A stretch of 63,966 nucleotides of DNA, the filler included, from Reticulomyxa filosa (lineage: Eukaryota; Protista; Foraminifera): the NCBI GenBank assembly GCA_000512085.1. It is 17 parts of 17 records of this genome, joined end to end, with 100 filler letters (N's around TTAATTAATTAA, not from the genome) between each part and the next. Parts side by side here need not be neighbours in the genome. Positions count along the whole stretch, not along the records: positions 37,449 to 38,474 come from ASPP01015044.1; positions 38,575 to 43,023 come from ASPP01002804.1; positions 43,124 to 44,327 come from ASPP01002029.1; positions 44,428 to 45,651 come from ASPP01008437.1; positions 45,752 to 47,956 come from ASPP01011546.1; positions 48,057 to 50,700 come from ASPP01024800.1; 11 more parts are not named here. One strand, written 5' to 3'. The notes under the pieces are model-generated. The model had not been told where the DNA came from, ran no database searches, and saw only the letters and a list, made by a program, of their open reading frames with translations. Below are positions 38,187 to 50,450 of this stretch, in pieces. A program made the translations under genes and the position numbers. Position 1 is the stretch's first letter. Every line of letters begins with the position of its first letter.

Positions 38187-38436
38187 TGTATATGTAATTA
38201 TACGTAAATGTAATAATTATAATTGCCATCAATTCAAAAAAAAAACAAAAAACAAGTGCGATTGTGTGTATGTGACCGCAGATGTCAGCGCTTGACAGAA
38301 TGTTGGAATGCATTGGCTCAGCGCACTTTCAAGTGGCGGACACTGCGATTACCCTTTGGAGCGACACGGTCGTCATTTACTTGTCCAAATTTGAAAAGGA
38401 TTACGTTTGGAGGAAATTGTTTGCATTACTTCAAGA
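37500..38436 (+). CDS. Protein phosphatase 2A regulatory subunit B' (B56) family, partial
   Basis: Exons read YSNQLADCCVLFVNKDP...GLLK | FWPCLSPTKQAFFLREM | LECIGSAHFQVADTAITLW, matching B56 YHPQLAYC..QFLEKD, YWP..S.KE..FL.E and CVSSPHFQVAERAL.W. Confidence 0.85.
38128..38185. repeat. (TACATA)n intronic microsatellite
   Basis: Directly visible hexanucleotide tandem repeat in a B56 intron. Confidence 0.9.
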
Positions 38437-40932
38437 GGTTTCTTTTTTTTTTTTTTTTTTGAGTATGTATAAAANNNNNNNNNNNNNNNNNNNNNNNNNN
38501 NNNNNNNNNNNNNNNNNNTTAATTAATTAANNNNNNNNNNNNNNNNNNNNNNNNNNNNNNNNNNNNNNNNNNNNCTTTTCTCAACATTTTTCTTTTTTAT
38601 TGTCTTTGTTTTTTTTTTATTATGCTGGTGTGGGACGTCAGCTGGAAGAAGTATTACTAAATGTAATACGAAAATGGTTTTGCTCAAGAAATTAATGTTC
38701 GATAAAACAAAAGTGAATTAAATAAAAGAAAGATGAATAGCGCAACAAAAGAAGAAAACAAAACAAAAGAGTAAGTGAAGTTGGTTGAGGAGTTTTAGCC
38801 CACTGGGGACTCCCAGGTTTCTTCAACGTTCAGATATTTATAAGGCCTTGCCCTACGCTGGCTTTTTTTTGTAGCGTTGCTTTATTGAGTTTTTTTTTTG
38901 GTTGATTTTGGATTGTCCTTTTTTGTTTCGTTTGTTTATTTTGTAATTTGACTTTCAGCGTGTTTGTTGGAAGTAAAAGTAATCATTTGCTTTCGAATTT
39001 GTAAGCTTTTAGATTTTAACATGATTTTTCCATTTTTGTTTTGTGAATGGAGTGTGATGCTTTGTCCAACTTTTTTTTTTATTTGTTACTGTAAATAAAT
39101 TCGCCTCTAGTTTTTGAGACTTTCAGCAAATTTCATTAAAAAAGAAAATATATATTGTGTTTGTAAATTTTGTCAGTGACTTGTTTGCTTAGTAACATTT
39201 GGTGATAGTGTTCACGACACAAAAGCAAATGACTGATAGTTTATAGATTTGTTATGTAATACAGATATAACTTTGTGCATATTTATCATGTACGCAGAAT
39301 TTCCCTTAAAGAAAACCAAGAACTTGGCAATTAGCACACAACAGTACTTTTTGATCAACTTTGCGCATCAGTATTTGATCAAATAAAATAATTTGCGGCC
39401 GTTTACGTAGCGATGTAACTATAAATTAAACTTCAAAATGTGTTTATATTGTATTTATTTACTTGAAGTTATTTAACGGAAAATATTTTTAAAAATGTGG
39501 AAGCTTCTGTTCATGTATCATTCGTCTAACAAATTTCAATATATTTTTTATTTTTCTACTGTCGTTCTGTGTTTTTGTAGCCTACATTTTGTTACTATTA
39601 CTATCTGTTTTATTTTGGCTGTTATTACGCTTTATATGATGTAGCTTAACTTTGGTCCCAGTGTGTACTCTGTGTTAAAAAAACATTCATAATAATTATT
39701 GAAAGATGCTTGATGTATTACTTGACCCTCGTAAACTTGAGCTTGATCATATTCCTTACTATTTTATATTTATCACTTATAACAGTTTTGAAATTTAATA
39801 TTTATTACACTCAGCTTTGAGTCTGAGTCGAGTAACCACGTTCTCTGAGTTGTTGAGTCTTGAGTCATATCAGCCACAGTAATGCTCATATAGCGTAAAG
39901 TATGTTGCTCTCCAGTTGGAAATCAATTCCATAGATTGTAGTTCCAGCTTTTCGTATCCATCACCGTAAAAAAAAAAGATCACCATGACGAGAAAGGAAA
40001 AAAAGAAAGCAAAAAAATTAGTACTTGCTGTCAACACACAACCACAAGAAGTTGCGTTGCACTTGACGAAAAAGAAAGACCAAATGAAAAAAATTAACAA
40101 CATAACCAAATCAGAAATGTTGATTATTTTTTTCAATGAACTTCTTGAGAACATTTCTTAAGCTGGTCTTTGTATAGCAACAAGTAACTGTATTCCTTTT
40201 GCTTGTTTTATTAATTCCACTATTTTTGTCACCAACAACGTCAGTACGACATATTTTATTATACTACAATGAAAAAATAGTCAACTAAAATATTTTTTAC
40301 TGTACAAATTTTAATATGTTTTTAATCTTTTATTCCATTTTTTCTAATTTTTCAAATCAGATCTTTCATTTGATATTAATCAATTGACACAAATTAAAAT
40401 ATTAAAAGAAGAAAAAAGTCTTCAATAAAAATCGGTGACAAAAGTGCTAGCTTAAAACAAAATAAAATGCTGTTACAAAAAAAAATTTTAAAATTAGAAA
40501 AAAGAAATAGTTAACAATACATGAAAATAATATCAAAAATCTTCAAAACAATCTAGTAAAACTTATAATGTGTCTTATGCGGACAGAGACTTCTGTTATG
40601 CGTTTTGTCGAACGCTCTTTTAAGTTTCCCATTTCTGATAAACTCGTTTCATACGTTATTCGTGTGTTCGTCTTCAAAGCAAAGTAATGGGCTGCATCAG
40701 GTTTTTTTCATTATATACAACGTATAATCTTTCTGAAGGCCTTTGGTTTGATGTTGTTTTTTTTTTGACACAACAGTCCCAAAGAAAAAGCAGAAAATAA
40801 GGGCAATGATCTCGCATTAGAACCAAAACAAACTTCTTCCTTATATGATCCAAAGTAATTACCATATCTTTGTGAGAAGCCATTGGGCAACAAACAAACA
40901 AGCATAACATACAACTACCGACAAATAGAAAG

Positions 40933-41955
40933 TTGACAACAGTAGATAAATTGGATGATGAATTGGGGACAATGAAACAATTGGAGTTTGTGACTACAAG
41001 TCGACTAAGTGAATCAACAAGAATATCAGAAGTGACAAAGACAATGGAAGGTGAAAAGGTCATGGAGAACAATAACATAACAAAAGCTAAATCCACAAAG
41101 GCAATGAGCGTAAAGGTGGATGCAACTGCAACACCCAAGAAAAGAGTAGTATTTATAAGCATAAACAGCTTAAACGTAAGTTTTTTTCAAATTCCCGAAG
41201 ACGTTCTAGAAAATTCCATATTTTGTTTTGCCATTGCAAAAGCGCACTTGTTTCCCAAAACTGAAGATGAAAAGGAGCAAGCACTTGAATCTGTAGTGTC
41301 GCGGATGAACTTGCACCCAAATGTATTGCAATCCATTAAAGACAAAGATGAAAAGGGGCTCAGTTTTGCTAAGCTTGCTTTATTTCATAAAAAAAAAAAA
41401 AAAAAATTATGTGCATATATAAATAAAATTATACTTGTGTATTGGAATTATATTTTTAAAATACAAAAAGTGATTTGGTTTGACCTTTCTACGGTCTCGT
41501 GGCAAGATATATCTGCTCGGTTGTGTCAGATCCATGACCCGGTGACAAACAAGAATTATAACCCATTGATTTTGGATGAAAACTGGTGGCTTCATAAACA
41601 CAACAACAATGAATTGCATTCTTTCTCTAGGTCCCAAGTTACTGCTCAAGATATCATCAATGAAATTCAAAAACCAAAACTTAAATTCACTCCGTCAATT
41701 GAAGTTTCATTTTTGTGTGTGCGTGTGTGCGTGTACGTAGGTTGATGGGTCGGTCTGTTGTAAAAAAAAAAAAAAAAACTAAAAAAAATTTAGCTACTTT
41801 GGCACAGTAATCCAAGTATGATTCCAATGCTTACCTTCGATATGCATGTTTATGAAAAGAATTTGTCTACACATTCTTCTGCTCAACATATACTTGAAAA
41901 GTCAACTGTTTCACAAGGGGATATCCAAGATGGTGATGGGTCACAAGAAAATTAA
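40933..41955 (+). CDS. Hypothetical protein (multi-exon)
   Basis: 270-aa ORF containing an in-frame intron at ~41363-41470, plus a last exon after ttag at ~41793 ending TAA 41955. No family recognised. Confidence 0.55.
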
Positions 41956-42402
41956 CTTTTTTTTCTTTTTTGCAGTAGACTGGGATGCACATGATGCCCG
42001 ATTTGCTGTTTCTTTTTTTTTTTTATGTTCATGTTGTTCTTCCTCGTTTCGAGTTTGATTCTTTTTTCTTTTTGGTAGCGTTGCAAGTTGTATTTCTTTG
42101 TTGTTGTCAGTATTTTTGATATGTAATATTTTCAAAACTGGGTCGTAATATTTTACTCTCTTTTTTTCGATCCAGATTTTGCTAACTTGTAATTGTTCGC
42201 GGAAATTTAAATGGTACCTTCAGAAACTGTTCTGTAATGATGCTTTTGTTACAAAAGAACTTTTTTCCTAAATTGGAAAAAGCAAATATTAGAAACTTCT
42301 TGTTTTGATATGTAGAGACATTGAAGAGGCTTGTATTATATGCATATGCCAATTGATTTGCAATCTAGAGTTTGTTCATTTGCACTTCCTTAATATTTTT
42401 AG

Positions 42403-43023
42403 TTGGAGTATACCCAGAGCTTGAGCAAAAGGGGGACGCAAGATAAAATTCAACAAAAAAAACATATCAAATATTTCCAAAATGGAATCGAAAAATGGAA
42501 CAGTATACAATTCCGACAGCATAGAAACTCAGAAAAAAAAGAAGAAGCGAATCTGGAATCATCATTTGTTGGAGTTGTATTTAGTAAAATGTCATGAACA
42601 GTACAAGTTTGGAAGTCGAAATGTGAAAGAATACTTTCGGCGAAGTGGAGTACCACCAAAGTTAGTGGAAGAAGTGTTTGAAGAATACTATCGAAAAAGA
42701 GGATATATCGAAGTATCATTTCTGGACAGTGACTCTCATCCATGTGACCTGTATGACTTCCGTGTCGATTGGACTCGGCTGCAGTGCCAAGTAGTCGGAG
42801 TAAACAACAGTACCGACATCAGCGAAGCCAAAGGCAAACGCACAAACCAAGTTTCGAAAAACTATTACATCAAAGAGTTTAACGGCGTGACATTACGAGA
42901 GATGAAGTACCCTAAAAACTTCTTGCGCAATTTGAAGCGAAAGCTAACTCCGCCGGTCACATTATTATTTTTTGACCCCAACTTCACAAGTTCAAAAAAA
43001 AAAAAAAAAAAATTGACAAAAAA
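42403..43023 (+). CDS. Hypothetical protein with possible degenerate PDZ-like domain, partial
   Basis: QVVGV...EAKG...V....YIKEFNGVTL...FLRNLK....PVTLLF resembles the PDZ C-terminal pattern I.EVNG..L...L......V.L. It is preceded by a short helical segment VKEYFRRSGVPPKLVEEVFEEY. Confidence 0.45.
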
Positions 43024-44522
43024 NNNNNNNNNNNNNNNNNNNNNNNNNNNNNNNNNNNNNNNNNNNNTTAATTAATTAANNNNNNNNNNNNNNNNNNNNN
43101 NNNNNNNNNNNNNNNNNNNNNNNAAAAATAAAATCAAAACTGGAAAACTTGTAAATTTGTTTGGTTGTTTGATAATTAAGTATGATAAGAATAAATATTC
43201 AAATATGATCTTTTTTTGTTCGTATCCAATAACTGTCTTGAAACTATTTGTCTATGTAATGGCGTACAAGTAGATCATTGCAAAAACATATCTAATTATT
43301 TTTTAATGCAACAATCCATACAATGTCATACACTTACACGCACTCCAACTCCGATGATTGTTTGTTCAACGCAATTTGGACTCTATATTTATTCGTGCAT
43401 TCATTAATTTACTTTGCTGTTTCTTTCACTCCTCCTTATTGTCTAAAGTCTACTGTGTTTGGCTTCCTTTTAACCATTTTTCATTTTGCTGGCAGAGTGA
43501 TAAGCTCTTGACCGGAGTTGAAATTTCTTGTGACTAATAATCAGACTGAAAGATACCAAAAGATAACATTTTCAAAGAGCATGTGGATACAATGAATAGT
43601 CAAATAATCGAAAGTCCTTGTAAGCACTTCAAAAGGGCAATGCAGATCAAAGTCCAAATGAACGTGTTATCTCGTTTTAATGTGTTCAAGTAATTCTGGC
43701 CAAAACAATTGCAAAGTATGAGCTTCATGAAAATACTATGGAATCAATTAATTACTTTGATCATAAACTTGAAAGATTATAACATACGAATAACAAAAAT
43801 ATTATGTGAATTATAACATAAATAATGGACTGCAAAAAAAAAACGATTAATTCTATTTTTTGTATGTTCGTATTTTTAACAATCAAATGAATTAGGAATT
43901 AATGATAGTGCAAGTACAATGTTTTCTGAATCATGGATAAAAGTGTTTGTTTCGATCATGTGACAAAATTATTAGTTTTACACAATAAGACAATACTCTT
44001 TCCTTATTGGTGTCGTTACCTTCATTCCAATTTCCAAAAATTTTTTAAGTATAGAAATTTTAAGCTTTCTACTCCAATCAAACAAAAGAAATACATCTTA
44101 TTCTTATATTGACCTTTGATACTATTATTTTATTATGAATTATATGCATTTCTTGCCAAGATATAACAAATTCAATATTAAAATCAAAAAATGAATAATG
44201 CTGGTGATGTAGATATCAATAAACAAATTCGAAATTAAGTGTTTGTGAAATTTTCACGATACTTTTATTATAAAGGAAATCAATGTATGAATATTTTCTT
44301 CGTCTTTTTTGATTGTATTACACCTCTNNNNNNNNNNNNNNNNNNNNNNNNNNNNNNNNNNNNNNNNNNNNTTAATTAATTAANNNNNNNNNNNNNNNNN
44401 NNNNNNNNNNNNNNNNNNNNNNNNNNNAAAAAAAAAAAAAAAAAAAATTTGCGAGTACGCGTATCAGAAAAGAGGGGGGAGAGAAAGGAGAGCATAGAAA
44501 CAGAAAGCAAAAGGGACACTTT

Positions 44523-45651
44523 TTGTGGAAAAAAAAAAGTTCAATATTGGAATCAAAGCTAGAAAGTATTGATTTTGAGAAATTACAAAAATTTCACGAT
44601 TGGCATTTGATAAAAAAAATGCAAAAAGTGGATGACCCCCACGAGTTGGTTCAATTCTATAATTATCGCGATCGAATTATTAACGACCCCCGACGATGTG
44701 AAACGAACAATATTACGAATAGCAATAGTATTAATAATAGTATTAGTATTAATAATAGTATTAATAACAATATTAATAATAGCAACAATAACAATGCAAG
44801 CAATGCAACTAGTGCAAACACAACAAATAGTAATTGGATCGGAAGCAATGGAATGAACAACATGTCTTGTTCAGACGCTGCAATTGACCGACTTTACAAA
44901 ATGGACAAACGATTTTCCCCGCTTTATCATTTCCAAATGTATGGCAAGTGGCCCCACGAAAAAGACATGTTCAATTTTTATAAAAACGAGTCTGGAAGCC
45001 ATTTGACAGGCAATGTGAACAACCCCAACCGCTTGGGAAAGCAAATGTTTTTGGCTCAAAATCTGGACAAATCCCGAAACATGACTTCGCAGCCCATTGC
45101 CATATTGAAGCCATTTGCGAGTGGTGGCGATGCAACCATTCTTAAGCATGGTATGCGTGCATATATATATTTGTTTGTGTGTAGTTGGATGTATGACTTG
45201 ACTGTTGTCAATTACAATTATATAATAACAACAACAACAACAACAAGAAGGCGAAGCATTGAACAATGGGAAGGAAGGATACAATGGGGATGAATTGGCG
45301 GAAGAGGAACTGTTAGTCTTTGATGAGCCACAACTGCCTGCCATGCAATCTGTCAAATTACTGACACGTGTGAACAACTTGGTAAGCTTTGCATGTTTCG
45401 GGAAGAAAAACAAATAAACAAACAAACAAAAAACAAAGCAAAGAGAGAGAGAGATGTGTTTGTGTTGGAATTTGAATTTGGTAAATCGAAAAGAGGCCAA
45501 TGGAAAAAAGGAATAAAAAGAATGAAGTGGAAAGAAGCAATGACAATGAGTCGAATGAGGAAAGAAGACAGGGAAAAAACGGAAGTGGAAGAAAGGATAG
45601 AATGCACTGGAATCATGACAACATTATAAATAACAATAATAATAATAATAA
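44523..45651 (+). CDS. Hypothetical protein with poly-Asn insertions, partial
   Basis: 256-aa ORF with globular-looking segments and an Asn-rich tract. Further exons follow (G|gtatgc...aacaag, gtaagc). Confidence 0.55.
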
Positions 45652-45808
45652 NNNNNNNNNNNNNNNNNNNNNNNNNNNNNNNNNNNNNNNNNNNNTTAAT
45701 TAATTAANNNNNNNNNNNNNNNNNNNNNNNNNNNNNNNNNNNNNNNNNNNNTATGCATATATATACCCTTCCCCTATGCCAAAAAAAAAAAACTTTGCAT
45801 ATGCAATG

Positions 45809-46291
45809 CTAACGGCCGTTGTCTTTTTCGTCGCTTATTTCATCGGGACTGTCTCTTTTTTCGATGGACGCATCTGCACTGGTGGTGGTGTCTGGTGAGA
45901 CAGGCCCGCGCCAGCTCGACAATTGATGGTGCTTAACTCGAATTTGACGTGCGACTACGGTTTCCTCTTTTGTGTTCAGTTTGATCGGCGATAGATGTAT
46001 GCCTGCCTCGTCGACGCGACTGTGCTTTGTTTCCGGTGGGGTCTCTGCGGTTGGTGTTGTGCTCGTTGGCGGGTGCAGGCGATGGATGTAATCGCGTATG
46101 TCTCGGGGTTTCATCCAAGACAAATGCGATAACTCTCGACTCCACGGCGGTAATACATTGCTGTGTCCTGTTTTTTCTTCGTCTGACGAACGGCGCTTAT
46201 GCTGCGGCAAGTTCAACGCTGGGGGAAAGGAATTATCATCACTTGGGCTTGAAACGGAAGATGAACTAAAGTCAGACGTCTTCCGCACCAT
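45809..46291 (-). CDS. Hypothetical Ser/Pro-rich protein, first exon
   Basis: ATG-initiated, GC-richer 160-aa ORF ending at a gttag donor next to the gap. Confidence 0.55.
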   Translation of the reverse strand: MVRKTSDFSSSSVSSPSDDNSFPPALNLPQHKRRSSDEEKTGHSNVLPPWSRELSHLSWMKPRDIRDYIHRLHPPTSTTPTAETPPETKHSRVDEAGIHLSPIKLNTKEETVVARQIRVKHHQLSSWRGPVSPDTTTSADASIEKRDSPDEISDEKDNGR

Positions 46292-46532
46292 TCTTCTTAA
46301 TCAAAAAAGCACAAACCTTTTACAAATTTTTTCTCCTCTCCCTTAAAACTGACCTCCTCGTTCAACTTGGAAAAGTATCTGCTAATTTCTCAATTTTATC
46401 ACAAGTCACATGGCAACAGAAACTAGAGAGTTTAATCTATTGTCTCTTTTCAAAACTTTCTTCACATCGGATTATTCAAAAATAACTTGAACGAAAAAAT
46501 TGTAAGACTTTTTTTCTCCTGGCCTTTCTAAA

Positions 46533-46967
46533 ATGTCTAATGATAATGGCTCTGATGCTCTCATAGATGACTTTTCTGATGAAGACGAGAAACAAAATGA
46601 ATCTGGAAAGCTATTAGACTTACCTGACACACAAAAGCAGTTTTTTCGAGCGCTAGACGCGCCATGGACAGTGTCTGAGACATTTACATACGTATTTTTA
46701 GTAATAAGTACAAGTGGAGTCGGATTGTTGGCAAAGAGTATTTTCGATTTTGAGATAAAAAAAGAAAGAATAAAGCGGGTGAATGTGAATAATGTGACAT
46801 GTGACTTGAATGCTTCATTTATGGATTATCTGTTCGACGTATATCTGCCGACGGTAGGGTACAATGTTGTCACATTGGGATGTTATTCACTGTTTGGATA
46901 TGCCAAAGAGAGAGAAAATAATTGGTTTGATCAAAAAATAAAATTTAAATTGCTTTCTAAATTGTAA
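46533..46967 (+). CDS. Small membrane protein resembling the DUF898/YjgN-like repeat unit (intronless)
   Basis: Two related hydrophobic units (FLVISTSGVG... and YNVVTLGCYSLFGY...NWF...I) separated by V.VNNV...LNASF.DY. This resembles the bacterial IITLGIY..W / IDG..L.F.G pattern. Recognised by eye only. Confidence 0.45.
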   Translation: MSNDNGSDALIDDFSDEDEKQNESGKLLDLPDTQKQFFRALDAPWTVSETFTYVFLVISTSGVGLLAKSIFDFEIKKERIKRVNVNNVTCDLNASFMDYLFDVYLPTVGYNVVTLGCYSLFGYAKERENNWFDQKIKFKLLSKL

Positions 46968-47919
46968 GTAAAAAGAAACAGATCTAAAAAAAAGTAAACA
47001 ATAATAATACATTTGAGAGAATGACAAAACACAATTCGTTACTTTTGTACCGAAATACAATGCAGCCTTAAGTTGCTCTGTATCTTGTCCTTTTCATTTC
47101 AAATACACCATTTATCATGCACAAATATATTATCAACTACTACAATACTATATTTTTCTTTTTCTCCAAGTTTCTTTAGCTTATCTTACTTTTAATTTCT
47201 TTGCAATATTTATTTCCTATTCTTTTGTTAAACCTCAAACAGCTTTCTTCTCTTTTAAACCTTGTCTTTCGCCTTATAAACCGCATAAGTTAATTTTTTT
47301 GAGCTTAAAGATCATTCACATTTACAAGGAAACAAGTACTTTATACTGTTTTAAACCTTAAATTACAAGTCAAATTCCGTTGGAGAAAGGCATGATTACG
47401 AAGAGAGAATCAACGCGTGTGTGAGTGTGTACTTAGTCATTTAGACAACCTTTTGAAAAGCTATGAAATAAGCCTGTTTTGACTCAGCCTAATTGGACCT
47501 TTTTTTTAAGAAAGTATCGCATTGAAAAATTTGGACCACATGCTTTCAACACGACTTAGGAATTTCCATGGAGCAACTGTTCAATCCTCAGAAAGAATAT
47601 CAGCCTCATTATTCCAAAACAAACAACCGAACTCTGTGAGTGGCTTTTTTTTTTGGTTTATGTAGTGGGCATGAAATTGCATGCACGTTTTCGTTTTATT
47701 TTGATTCCGGCAAAAAAAAAAAAGCAAAAAGAAGAATTCGTTCAAAAAGGATAAAAAAAAATGATAAGAAAAATGTGTAAAATGAACAGGCCCAAAAACT
47801 GGATGAAGACATCGAAGAAATTTATCGATCACAATTGAAAGTAGTGAAAGTATTTTCAATATTTTGCGTCCTTTCAATCACAGCTCTAGTGTATTATTTG
47901 AATTCAATAGTGTGTGGTT

Positions 47920-47956
<37 letters not shown>

Positions 47957-49016
47957 NNNNNNNNNNNNNNNNNNNNNNNNNNNNNNNNNNNNNNNNNNNN
48001 TTAATTAATTAANNNNNNNNNNNNNNNNNNNNNNNNNNNNNNNNNNNNNNNNNNNNTTTTTTTCCCCCCCCCAAAAAAATTTTGTTAATCACGGCATAAA
48101 GAGTATACGTATTCCATTTTACCTTTTTTCAGCGTTTGTCATTGTAACACTAGAACCAGTTCCCCAGTTCGGTGTGGACCATTCCTTCAATGTCGCTTGC
48201 ATATTTTGTGCCATTTTCTCTTCGTTGTTCTCTCTCTTTCCTATTGACAATCAACAAAAATTAACGCTATCAAATACAGTTCGTCATCACTTGTTATTGA
48301 TTTCAACTTTCCATATTATATACCTGCACAAACAACCTTTCTTGAAATTATTTGTCACTCCTCGACAAGTTTTTTTGTTAACAAAATCCTTTGGAGTACT
48401 GTACACTCAATACGCGTTGAAAATGTTCAAAGGCATATTAAAATGATGAATACTTTTTCGCATAATGCATATTTTAAAAAGCGTGACTAGAAATTGAATT
48501 CTGGGATATCACTTAGATTGCTATTCTCTTTACTCTTGAAACTAAATTTAATAAAATTAAAAAGTGTGAATTTCTAAAGTCCCAAAATTGAAGAAACAAC
48601 AATTGAATCAAACTTGTTAAAATTTGTGTGTTCTTTAGCAAATAGATGTAGACCGAGACAAATGGTTTTTGAAAACGCTTTGTACATTTTGAATTTTTGT
48701 TGAAGCGTTTCCGTTAATAACACAAACTTAAAGCTTTTGATAAAAATGTTATTATTTGTTATGAGTAAAAAAAGTGTGCATAGATTTTTTTATCAACTCT
48801 CATAAGAGAGGAAAAAGCACGAGTCAAACAACGACAATGAAAAAGGATTGTGAAAGAAGAAAAACCCAAAATCCACTGAAAACGAAAATTTCGAAAACTA
48901 ACCAAAAAAAAAATTGTTTTTGGTTTTTTTTTTGTTTTTTTTTTTGCATTTGTGTTGTATCATTCCTGTTTTTTTGGTTGCAACGAAGCGAATCAACCAA
49001 ACACAAGATCAAAGTT

Positions 49017-50450
49017 TTATCTCATAGAATGAACGCTCTGGTGTCTATTAGCTGGATCACTTCCGTCATTTGTTTGTACAGGCTGCTGGATAGTAGAACT
49101 TGCAGTACCAGCATTAGTTCCTGGACTATTGATAGACTGAACAGGTTCATAACGAGACTGCGAGCGTGTATTTGTGGTAACAATTGGCCCAACAGCCCTC
49201 TGGTTGGTGCGACTGGAAGAATGAACCTCGGACTGCATTCGTCGATATTTAGAATGATGTGAAGTTGGCTACAAGACAACACAAATGAGAAAGAAGAGAT
49301 TGGTTTTGGACTGTTGCAATGGATGCAATGTTATTTTTGTGTCACACGCACCTGTGTTTGTGTTGGTGGAGTTGGATGATGTGCATAGTGTCTATTATTT
49401 CCAGAGTTGAAAGAGCTATCTGTTGTGGGAGTATTTGAGTGCGAAGCATGAGAATGATCCTGCGTCTGAGAGGAGAGCCCGCTTGGTCGAAGAGATTGAG
49501 CAGACTGATGATGAATCGGAGGACGAAAAGCCCGTTGTCTCCCCGAGCTTTGAGTGTCTGTGGATGGTTTTTCCGATGCGACTAATATTTGTAGTGAAAT
49601 ATAAAACAAAGCAAAGCAATATAATATATGTATATACATATATATTACATAGCAAATAATACTCAAATATATTATCTCCACTGAACTTTGTCCAGAGGGT
49701 AATTGTGACATGGACGAGGCTGTGTGTGGCCTTCGCTGTTGATACATTGGTGGATTTGCTCGAGTTGCAGATGGATATTGTGGGGTTAGCTCTTTGGATC
49801 GCTCTCGCTCTATTTCCAAACTATCATTTTCATGCGTGCTCATAGGATGAGGTTTGCGATTGTGATTGATGTTGGTGGCTCTACGTTTCGAATCGACAAA
49901 CTGCTTGTGCATCAATGGCTCCGATTCAATTCCGGAAGGCGGACTTTGAAGGTCATTGTCGGGATGCATTTGCATTTTCAGATTGCCTGACTGTGTCGTC
50001 AATGCACTTTCGTTGTTTGGTGTCTCGATCCACTCTTTCGACATCACGTCAGATAGTAGTGCGGGTGGGTTTGTCTTTGATAAGCGAGGTATGGCATGCG
50101 TGGACTGAGACTGAGACTGAGCATCGCTGTCATTCCATTTGTAATGCGTCCTCGGAGAAGAAAATTCTTCCATGTTTTTCTTTCGTTTGTCCTGTATTTC
50201 TTTGTCGCCACTCGCCGCTGTCATTGGCATGGTTGTCTGTGCTTTTTTCTGCAAAAAAGTATCGCCAATGAGTCCAAAAGGCGGCTTCTTCCAATTGCTT
50301 TTGTATCCCGGCACTTGGTCTTCCAAATAACAGTATTGAAATACAAAGTTTGGTTTCAGTCTTTGACACCACCCTGTCTCATCGTCAAAATATCGATAGC
50401 TGCCACTCTCGTATTCCGTCTCTACTTTCTGTTTTTGTTGTTGTCACAGC
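49017..50450 (-). CDS. Hypothetical intrinsically disordered S/Q/H/P-rich protein, 3' part
   Basis: 331-aa ORF with an in-frame intron (~49590-49677) plus terminal exon 49017-~49268. Low complexity. Confidence 0.55.

Noticed and set aside
38803-38816. Small hairpin CTGGG-GACT-CCCAG downstream of the B56 gene
   Set aside because: A 5-bp stem is expected by chance, and there are no SECIS, tRNA or snRNA features.
39818-39867. Cluster of TGAGTC/TGAGT motifs (AP-1-like)
   Set aside because: Short and degenerate, with no linked transcription start. It could be a decayed low-complexity coding relic.
43230-43520. Possible LINE endonuclease relic on the minus strand (GGV...YDIVWI)
   Set aside because: Too degenerate to support without a profile search.
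47030-47300. Possible transposase-like relic on the minus strand (IVVVDN)
   Set aside because: Only a single weak motif among many stops.
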